From Candidatus Iainarchaeum sp. (lineage in GTDB: Archaea > Iainarchaeota > Iainarchaeia > Iainarchaeales > JAZDEL01): a stretch of DNA of 32,000 nucleotides. A program made the position numbers and the translations under genes. Below are positions 8,925-15,880 of this stretch, one piece after another (position 1 is the first letter of the stretch; each line of letters starts with the position of its first letter). The notes below the pieces were generated by a model. That model worked only from the letters and a program-made list of their open reading frames with translations. It did not search any database and had not been told where the DNA came from. Where the stretch lies: NCBI GenBank assembly GCA_043808785.1, contig JAZDEL010000005.1, positions 6,483 to 38,482 on the forward strand, given 5' to 3'.

Positions 8925-9805
8925 TGGCCGATAAATTAAAAAACATAAAAGAAAAAATCAGGAAAGAACTGGCGAAAAATCCTGCTTATCTGGACGGCTG
9001 TGATGTGCCGGCATTAAAAGCGGTATTGTTCGAAACCGGCTCCGCCTGCAACAGGAAATGCGCCTGGTGCCCCAATTACACTACTGACAGAGGGAACCAT
9101 TTTTTGGGCGATAAAGTTTTTTATAAAGTAATGGCCGAGCTTAAGGAAATGAAATTTGAAGGGAGGGTTTCATTCAGCATGTACAATGAACCCCTGCTTG
9201 ACAAAAGGCTCCCGAAATTTATTGAACACGTGAGAAAAAACATCCCTTCGGCATATATATACCTGAACACCAACGGGGACGCACTGACCTCGGATGTCTG
9301 GAAAAGCCTTCGGGGGAAGGGGCTGGACTATGCCAACGTCTCCCAATATGACGGAAAAATAAATGAAAACATTGAAAAAATCCTGAATGGATTGGATTCG
9401 GGTGAAAGAAAGCATCTCGGCGCACATATTTTTGATTTGAACACCATTAACAACAGGGCGGGATTGATTAAATCAAGGGCGCTTGAGAAGCCTTTGCAGG
9501 AGAAGTGTTCCCGGCCTTCTTACCAATTGTGCATTAATTACAAAGGCGAAGTTGTTGTTTGCTGCAATGATTACCACGGTTCGGTTACGGTAGGCGACGC
9601 GGGCAAAGAATCAATAAAAGATTTGTGGAGTAATTATGTGTTTAAGTTCTACAGGAAGAAGTTATCGGAAGGGGACAGGGCGAGTTTGGAATTATGCAAT
9701 TTGTGCGATTTGTGCTCAAGCCCTGTGCCTCCAATTTATCCTAAGCCCTCATTTGCCGCGCGGGCGCGGCGGGCGCTGCGGCAAATTATAAACAATTATA
9801 AATAA
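8924..9805 (+). CDS. Radical SAM enzyme with SPASM/twitch-like C-terminal domain (markedly lower GC than its neighbours)
   Basis: FETGSACNRKCAWCPN contains CxxxCxxC. The C-terminus has CSRPSYQLCINYKGEVVVCC (C-x12-G-x4-C) and CNLCDLC. ATG 8924 shares 1 nt with the MT1 TGA 8922-8924. Confidence 0.8.
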   Translation: MADKLKNIKEKIRKELAKNPAYLDGCDVPALKAVLFETGSACNRKCAWCPNYTTDRGNHFLGDKVFYKVMAELKEMKFEGRVSFSMYNEPLLDKRLPKFIEHVRKNIPSAYIYLNTNGDALTSDVWKSLRGKGLDYANVSQYDGKINENIEKILNGLDSGERKHLGAHIFDLNTINNRAGLIKSRALEKPLQEKCSRPSYQLCINYKGEVVVCCNDYHGSVTVGDAGKESIKDLWSNYVFKFYRKKLSEGDRASLELCNLCDLCSSPVPPIYPKPSFAARARRALRQIINNYK

Positions 9806-9888
9806 TTGCAGCCAATTTTATTATTGCATTTAAAGCGCGGTTAAAGAAAGTTTTTGAGGAAGCTGTCGGATGATTGCGGGGTAATCGG

Positions 9889-11673
9889 ATGATTATACTT
9901 GGGTTCACGAACGGCCACGACTGCGGAGCCTCGATTGTGAGGGACGGGAGGGTTGTTGCGGCCGTAAACGAGGAAAGGCTTAACCGCGTGAAGGTGTATT
10001 GGGGCTTCCCGTGGCTCTCAATCAGGGAGGTTATGCGCGTTGCGGGGGTTAAACCTGGGGAGATTGACGCTGCCGCATATGGCGGCCTTGCCGACGCCTG
10101 CAACATCTGGCAAGTCAAGAACCAGTCGGAGGGCCTGCAGTACCCCTCGCTGTTCGGGATGAACTGCGGAGCCGTGAATTTAATCGAAAAAAGGGCATAC
10201 AGGCCGCTGCTGAGGAGGGGCATAATCAAACGTGGGAGCGCCGATGTCGCGCTCAAATATTTCCGGAAGGCGTTGCGCAGGATTGGGATTGCCGCTCCGC
10301 TTGCAATGGTCGAGCACCATGCCGCGCATGCTGCCTCGGCATATTACAGCTCGGGGCGCGAGAATGCCACGACAATTACAATTGACGGAATCGGCGACTT
10401 GCAGTGCGCAACTGTATCAAAATGCAAAGGCACGGAAATCGAGAGGATTGCATCAACGCATTACCATGGGGCATCACCTGGTGCCTTCTATGCGAATGTT
10501 ACAAATCTCCTCGGCTTCAGGCCCCTGAGGCATGAGGGCAAAGTGACAGGGCTTGCCGCCTACGGGAATCCGGAGGCAATTGAGTTCCCGTTTTTGGGCC
10601 TCGCAAACGGAGGAATGGAATTCAAGTGGGAGAATTACGAGGGCTATTTCCCGAGGCCGTTTGACAGCCTGTCGAATTTCCTTCTGTACATCAGGGGCGG
10701 CCTCGGCATTGGCGCAACAAGCAGGGCATATCTTGATGCAATGAGGGAAAGGGCCAAAGGGGCCAAGAGGGAGGATGTTGCGGCCGCCGCACAAAAGAAA
10801 TTCGAGGAGGTTATTTGCAGGCATGTGGAGAAGGTTCTCGAGGCAACCGGAAACGGGAACCTCTGCCTTGCGGGAGGGGTGTTTGCGAATGTGAAGCTCA
10901 ATCAGCGCATCCATGAAATCGACGGCGTTAGCAGCATTATGGTGCACCAGCATATGGGTGACGGCGGGCTGGCTGTCGGGGCGGCGCTGCACTATTACAG
11001 GGAGAAGCAAGGGGGAAAATGCGTAAAGCTGCCGCATGCTTACCTGGGCCCCGAGTATGGCGGGGGAGAGATAGAGCGCGAGCTTACGGCAGCGGGGCTT
11101 GAGTATGAGGAGCACGGGGATATTGACGGAAAGGTTGGGGAGGTGCTGGCCGAGGGCGACATAGTCGCGAGGTATGGCGGCAGGATGGAGTACGGGCCCC
11201 GTGCGCTCGGAAACAGGAGCATTTTGTGCCAGCCCACCGACCCCTCCGTAAACGATTGGCTGAATAAAAAGCTGAAACGCACGGAGTTCATGCCTTTTGC
11301 GCCAGTAACGCTTGGCCGTTATGCGAAGAAGTGCTACAAAGGCATGAAGGGGGCGGAGCAGCCTGCCGAGAACATGATTATTACCTTTGGCTGCACCGAC
11401 TGGCTTGCTGAGAACTGCCCTGCTGTCGTGCATGTTGACGGAACGGCACGCCCCCAGGTCATCGAGAGGGGCGTGAACCCCGGGTATTACAGGGTGCTGG
11501 AGCAATACCACAAGATTACGGGCCTGACTACGCTCATTAATACCTCATTCAACATCCACGAAGAGCCCATAGTATGCACGCCGGGGGATGCCGTGAGGGC
11601 GTTTAAGCTCGGGCATCTGGAGTACCTGGCTATCGGGGATTTTTTGGTTCGGAACAAAAGCGATAAAAACTGA
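9889..11673 (+). CDS. Carbamoyltransferase (NodU/CmcH/TobZ family)
   Basis: MIILGFTNGHDCGASIVRDGRVVAAVNEERLNRVK, HHAAHAASAYYSS and MGDGGLAVGAA give an ASKHA/Kae1-like N-domain typical of NodU-type O-carbamoyltransferases. TTG 9874 is an alternative start. Confidence 0.85.
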   Translation: MIILGFTNGHDCGASIVRDGRVVAAVNEERLNRVKVYWGFPWLSIREVMRVAGVKPGEIDAAAYGGLADACNIWQVKNQSEGLQYPSLFGMNCGAVNLIEKRAYRPLLRRGIIKRGSADVALKYFRKALRRIGIAAPLAMVEHHAAHAASAYYSSGRENATTITIDGIGDLQCATVSKCKGTEIERIASTHYHGASPGAFYANVTNLLGFRPLRHEGKVTGLAAYGNPEAIEFPFLGLANGGMEFKWENYEGYFPRPFDSLSNFLLYIRGGLGIGATSRAYLDAMRERAKGAKREDVAAAAQKKFEEVICRHVEKVLEATGNGNLCLAGGVFANVKLNQRIHEIDGVSSIMVHQHMGDGGLAVGAALHYYREKQGGKCVKLPHAYLGPEYGGGEIERELTAAGLEYEEHGDIDGKVGEVLAEGDIVARYGGRMEYGPRALGNRSILCQPTDPSVNDWLNKKLKRTEFMPFAPVTLGRYAKKCYKGMKGAEQPAENMIITFGCTDWLAENCPAVVHVDGTARPQVIERGVNPGYYRVLEQYHKITGLTTLINTSFNIHEEPIVCTPGDAVRAFKLGHLEYLAIGDFLVRNKSDKN

Positions 11674-11704
11674 TGCATGGCTTTTTTGCACAGGGGGCAC
11701 AGGA

Positions 11705-12481
11705 ATGGCCGGTGAAAGCAATGAAATGCTGACTGTGGATTACAACGGAATTACTGTCTACTACAAAAAGCATCTTGACGGAGGTGGCAGTACGTTCGGG
11801 CAGGATTACATTCCCGAGGTCGGGAAGCGCTTCGGGAAGGTGGGGAGGGTGCATGAATTCTGCTGCGGGCCTGCATTCATTGGATTTTCATTGCTTGCGC
11901 ACGGGCTGTGCGATTCATTGTGCCTTTCGGACATAAACCCGAAGGCGATAGAGATGTGCAGGCTCACTGTAAAAGAAAACCGCCTGGAAGGGGTTGTTGA
12001 TTGCTACGTTTCCGACTGCTTAAAGGGAATCCCGGAAACAGAGAAGTGGGATTTGGTTGTAAGCAACCCTCCGCACTTCGACGGCACTGAAGAGGATTAT
12101 GCGCGTGAAATCCGCAGCTATGACCCGAAATGGAGGATACACAAGGAATTCTATGAAAATATCGGCGGCTTCCTAAACGAGGGAGCATCAGTTTATTTCT
12201 ATGAAAACGGCCGGCAGTCAAACCCGGAAATATTCAAGGAAATGGCTGGGAAAGCGGGGCTTGAATTTGCCGGAATCCGCAGGCCGGGCAAGCTGGAGGT
12301 GATCCCCAGATGTCTTGCATGGAGGCTGCCCCGAGTGCTGCACAAATTCCCGAACATCAGAAAAATGGCCGGCATTGTCATTAGAAGTGCGAACTACCCT
12401 TTCTATTTTATCCACAGCAGGAAACCTGCTGCCGGGAGCGCAAGCAACCCTTCCCATTTTGCCCGCGGCAGGAAGTATTGA
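11705..12481 (+). CDS. SAM-dependent methyltransferase with an NPPH motif (amino-group N-methyltransferase type)
   Basis: EFCCGPAFIGFSLL is motif I. DLVVSNPPHF is a (D/N)PP(Y/F/H) motif IV, characteristic of MTs that methylate exocyclic or amide nitrogen. Confidence 0.7.
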   Translation: MAGESNEMLTVDYNGITVYYKKHLDGGGSTFGQDYIPEVGKRFGKVGRVHEFCCGPAFIGFSLLAHGLCDSLCLSDINPKAIEMCRLTVKENRLEGVVDCYVSDCLKGIPETEKWDLVVSNPPHFDGTEEDYAREIRSYDPKWRIHKEFYENIGGFLNEGASVYFYENGRQSNPEIFKEMAGKAGLEFAGIRRPGKLEVIPRCLAWRLPRVLHKFPNIRKMAGIVIRSANYPFYFIHSRKPAAGSASNPSHFARGRKY

Positions 12482-12522
12482 TGCTTAGCATGTGCCGCAC
12501 CGGGCATGAATGCGCGCATATC

Positions 12523-12567
12523 CCGCGCTACGGTGATTCGCTTATCGTGAGGGCAAGGAAGGTTTAG
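12523..12567 (+). pseudogene. Orphan 45-nt copy of the 3' end of the MT1/MT2 methyltransferase genes (PRYGDSLIVRARKV-stop), embedded in a 28-codon ORF at 12481-12567
   Basis: ccgcgctacggtgattcgcttatcgtgagggcaaggaaggtttag differs at 2 of 45 nt from the MT2 3' end (13293-13337). There is no upstream MT homology. ATG 12481 overlaps the preceding TGA by 1 nt. Confidence 0.65.
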
Positions 12568-12617
12568 CCCCGCGGCAACCCTTAAAAACAGGTCTGGGCA
12601 AATTCTATCGGTCGGAC

Positions 12618-13337
12618 ATGGGCAAAAAAAACTGCGAAAGCCAAAAGCCGTACTGGCTGGATGCGCACTTTGCATTCAACAGAGAGGGGCATACAAGAAT
12701 CCCCCCTTACTCAAAATCCGGCATGCACGACGTGCTTCTCTACAGTAGGCTTATAGACCTGCTGCCACAAGACGGTATTTCAAAGGCGTTCGAGATAGGC
12801 TACGGGAATAACCCTATTATAAGCTTCCTGCCAAGTGGCGTAGAAAAGTTTGGAATAGATATGGCTGACATAAAGCCAGATGGCATTAATGTCATAAGGC
12901 ACAATGTAGAGGACGGCCTGCCGTTCCAGAAAGGCTGCTTCGAGCTTGTGGTTGCCTGCGAAACCATAGAACACATATATGAAACAGGCAACTTCCTGCG
13001 GGAATGCAACCGCGTGCTGCGAAAGGGCGGCACGCTGGTTTTGTCTACGCCCAACATTGCTTCGCTGCGCAATATAGCAAGATGCATACGTGGCAGGCAG
13101 CTGAAATTCATGGGATATGATGTGAGAAGCGCAGATGGGCACATAAGGTGCTACACCCGCGGCTCGCTCTTCAGGCAGCTCGATGAATGCGGGTTTTCAG
13201 TAGAAAAGTTCACAAGCACCAAAATGTACCTGCCTTTGCACTTCCATATAAAGCCCATAGGCTGGCTTGGCACTAAACTCGCGCCCCTTCTTCCGCGCTA
13301 CGGGGATTCGCTTATCGTGAGGGCGAGGAAGGTTTAG
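12618..13337 (+). CDS. Class I SAM-dependent methyltransferase, paralogue 2 (MT2)
   Basis: FEIGYGNNP and ELVVACETIEHIYETGNFLRECNRVLRKGGTLVLSTPN are SAM-MT motifs. It is collinear with MT1 (8148-8924) through to PRYGDSLIVRARKV-stop. Confidence 0.8.
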   Translation: MGKKNCESQKPYWLDAHFAFNREGHTRIPPYSKSGMHDVLLYSRLIDLLPQDGISKAFEIGYGNNPIISFLPSGVEKFGIDMADIKPDGINVIRHNVEDGLPFQKGCFELVVACETIEHIYETGNFLRECNRVLRKGGTLVLSTPNIASLRNIARCIRGRQLKFMGYDVRSADGHIRCYTRGSLFRQLDECGFSVEKFTSTKMYLPLHFHIKPIGWLGTKLAPLLPRYGDSLIVRARKV

Positions 13338-13352
13338 TGCCGCTTTGGCGCC

Positions 13353-14378
13353 TTACTTCAGGGCACCGCAGCAATAAACCGTTCTGCACGGCCCGCCTAT
13401 TTTTCCGAACTCCCGCCTTTCAAGCATGCCTATCAGCCGTTTCCTCTTCTCTGATGAATATATCCGATCAATTGACCGCTCCCAAATATTGCCGAGAGCA
13501 AGCTCGTTGTTCGAATCGAGACAGCAGGCATACCATGTTCCATCCGGAGCTATGAATGCAACCGAATGCATCTTCTCGAGGCGCGGACACGAGTAACCGC
13601 ACAGGTCCGCGCTAAGGTGTGCCGCCGCATCCCTCTCAGCCCACCCGAAGACAGCACTCCTAAGAACCATATCGCGCGGGGCAAGCAGCCTGTTCAGGGG
13701 AAGCGCAAAAACCCGTGCCTTTTCTGCAGTTTGCCTGCTTATGCCCAAACGCTTCGCAAGGAGAAGGCAGTGCATCTTCATTTTTATTTCTGCAAAATCG
13801 TCGGGCACCTCAGCAAGGCGTGCGTCGCGCATCTTTGCAGGGTAAAACCCGAAAGCGCCGTGAATTGAATGTATGTAATCGTGCAAAGTCACCACATGTA
13901 TGCGCAGCGGCACCGCACTTTTCAGTTCGCGCCTCAGCCCGAGAAAAGCCTCGAGGTTGCGCATCGTGTTTTCAAGCGGAATGCGCTTTACATTGAAGTA
14001 GTTTTCCGCATTTGCGCCGTCAATGTTGCAGTGCACCTTGTCTATAAGCCCTTCCTCAAGGATTGTGCGCGACTTTTCTTCGGTCAGGTTCTGGAAATTC
14101 GTGAAAACGCCTGTTTCAATCCACGGGCATTCCGCCTTTATGTGCCTCGCTATTTCGATGAAGCGCGGGTTCAGAAAGGCGTCGCCGTTCTCGCCGAGCT
14201 GCATATGCGTCACGCTGTGCCGAGCGCGGAATTCCGGGGAGGAAAGCTCGGAGGTTATTTTTTTCGCAAGGCCGAGGGGCATAATCTTTTCCTTTATCTT
14301 CGCGCCCCGGTCCCTTGCGCAAAAAATGCAGTCTGCTCCGCATGCTAAGGAAAGCGAAAGGTTTACCGCAGTGAGCAT
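13353..14378 (-). CDS. Radical SAM enzyme with SPASM/twitch-like C-terminal domain
   Basis: LSLACGADCIFCARD contains CxxxCxxC. The C-terminus has CPRLEKMHSVAFIAPDGTWYACC (C-x15-G-x4-C) and CRTVYCC. I take ATG 14378; the tracked start at 14387 is a TTG. Confidence 0.8.
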   Translation of the reverse strand: MLTAVNLSLSLACGADCIFCARDRGAKIKEKIMPLGLAKKITSELSSPEFRARHSVTHMQLGENGDAFLNPRFIEIARHIKAECPWIETGVFTNFQNLTEEKSRTILEEGLIDKVHCNIDGANAENYFNVKRIPLENTMRNLEAFLGLRRELKSAVPLRIHVVTLHDYIHSIHGAFGFYPAKMRDARLAEVPDDFAEIKMKMHCLLLAKRLGISRQTAEKARVFALPLNRLLAPRDMVLRSAVFGWAERDAAAHLSADLCGYSCPRLEKMHSVAFIAPDGTWYACCLDSNNELALGNIWERSIDRIYSSEKRKRLIGMLERREFGKIGGPCRTVYCCGALK

Positions 14379-14540
14379 GTTTACCAATTCAAATTTGGGG
14401 CGGATGTGTTAAAAAACAAGCGCTAGGGTTAGTGCGAAAGTTTGTGCACGCCGCACCCCCTGCAATTTGCGCGAAAATAACGCCCGCGTGCGCGCCTGTT
14501 CCCGCGCGTTCATGCCTGTCCATGCCCGTCCAGATGCATC

Positions 14541-14612
14541 TATATAAACCGTTCATCCGCAATAGGTATAATTCCATTCAAATCAAATAAACAAAAGGAA
14601 AAACGAGGTGAT
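14541..14612 (+). promoter_or_regulatory. TATA-like box plus strong Shine-Dalgarno for the 14619 gene
   Basis: tatataaa lies at 14541-14548. GAGGTGAT at 14605-14612 is 6 nt upstream of ATG 14619. It is complementary to the 16S 3' end consensus. Confidence 0.5.
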
Positions 14613-14618
14613 TTTTGG

Positions 14619-15746
14619 ATGAAGATGAAATATGGAGCGGGCATTGCCCTGCTGCTTGCCGCAGCGGTGCTGCTTGGCACTTACGCGTTTGCGGAGGAGG
14701 CACTGCCTAACCATGAGGATGCCAATGCAACCGCGCATGAGCAGGACGGCGGCGCTTCGATAGGTGCGGATACTGTAGCCGATAATACGGGGGAAATTGC
14801 CGAGGATACCGCAGCGGATAATGGTACGGGCGATGCAGCAGCGAAAGCAATGAGGGAAAGGGCCCGCATTGCGGCAGAGGAAGCAAAGCAGGCAAGGGAA
14901 AAGGCAGGCAAAGGCAAAGAGGCTAAGGGAACCGATGCTGAAACCGTTTCAGCGGAACCCGCGGATTATGAAACAGTGCTTGCGCAGATAGGCGAGGGGC
15001 TTAACACAGAGGACGCGAAAAACCTCGGGGAAATAATGAGCGAACTTGCACACAGGCAGGCGCAGGAAAGGCAGGACGCGAACCTTACTGGAAGGGAAAG
15101 GGCCGAGTTCAACAAACAGCTCAACGCATACCTGAAAAACCTCAGGGCGGATATCAGGGTTGCTGTGAAGGACAAGAACCTTTCCGCGGTTGTTGCAAGG
15201 GAAATTGCAAGGAGGGCGGAGGTAGCAAGGGTAAAATCTGCGGCGGAACTGAGGCCAGAGGTTCTTCTCGAGGAGATTTCGGCAGTCTTCGGCACCGCGG
15301 ACGAGGCTCAGCTCAAGGAGATAAAGGACATTGTAAGGCAGCGCATAAGGAACAACATCCATTTCTGGAACAGGCTGCTCTACAGGCTGAAGAATGACGC
15401 GAAATTCAGGCAGCACTTCAGGGACATGGTGCATAAGTGGTACCAAAAGCAGTACCTGAATCAGCACCCCGAAATTGTTCGGCCCGAAGCCGCGACGGAA
15501 AACGTTGCCGCAAGGGCAATAAACCACGATTTCGTGAGGCAGCACCTGCTTGAAAAAATAAGGCAGCGCCTCAGGGACAGGGCGCACAATGCGAAGCAGG
15601 CAAGCATTATTCCAGAACTGGTGCAGGACATGGTGGACGAGAACGCCATAATCAATCCTGCGCTTGTGCAGGTGGATTCGGCAGCGGTTGCCGCCGAAGT
15701 GAACCCTGAAGCGGAAATAAACCCCGCGGTTGCACAGCCGCGGTAA
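14619..15746 (+). CDS. Secreted or anchored, highly charged alpha-helical protein of unknown function
   Basis: The N-terminus has a signal/TM segment, GAGIALLLAAAVLLGTYAFA. An acidic low-complexity stretch follows, then long K/R/E/Q-rich predicted helices. No enzymatic motif was recognised. Confidence 0.6.
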   Translation: MKMKYGAGIALLLAAAVLLGTYAFAEEALPNHEDANATAHEQDGGASIGADTVADNTGEIAEDTAADNGTGDAAAKAMRERARIAAEEAKQAREKAGKGKEAKGTDAETVSAEPADYETVLAQIGEGLNTEDAKNLGEIMSELAHRQAQERQDANLTGRERAEFNKQLNAYLKNLRADIRVAVKDKNLSAVVAREIARRAEVARVKSAAELRPEVLLEEISAVFGTADEAQLKEIKDIVRQRIRNNIHFWNRLLYRLKNDAKFRQHFRDMVHKWYQKQYLNQHPEIVRPEAATENVAARAINHDFVRQHLLEKIRQRLRDRAHNAKQASIIPELVQDMVDENAIINPALVQVDSAAVAAEVNPEAEINPAVAQPR

Positions 15747-15880
15747 ATTGAACATGCAGGCATGGGGAAAGGGGGCATGCGCCCCCTTGCGGCCTTCCTT
15801 TCCCCCGCACTTAGCCCTTAGTAACCCTTAAAAAAACAAATGCGTGAATACTATACATTAGTGCGTGCAGGGTTGTTGAC

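Noticed and set aside
10474-11511. 345-aa minus-strand ORF inside the carbamoyltransferase gene. Similar long antisense ORFs occur at 1142-1933, 14949-15755, 17132-17947, 21070-21708, 26007-26663 and 26678-27352.
   Set aside because: All lie fully antisense to ORFs with strong family motifs. They are R/P/A/L-rich, as expected for the reverse frames of GC-rich coding DNA, and they carry no recognisable domains.
12481-12567. The 28-aa Cys-containing ORF (MLSMCRTGHECRHIPRYGDSLIVRARKV) as a RiPP precursor for the SPASM radical-SAM enzymes.
   Set aside because: Its C-terminal 14 residues and its DNA are a near-identical copy of the methyltransferase 3' end. A gene remnant is the simpler explanation. 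It is kept only as a low-probability side note in the cassette-shuffling finding.
13508-13524. tRNA T-arm-like string GTTCGAATC.
   Set aside because: It lies inside the radical-SAM coding region (minus strand). No acceptor, D or anticodon arms can be drawn around it. No tRNA was found anywhere in the window.
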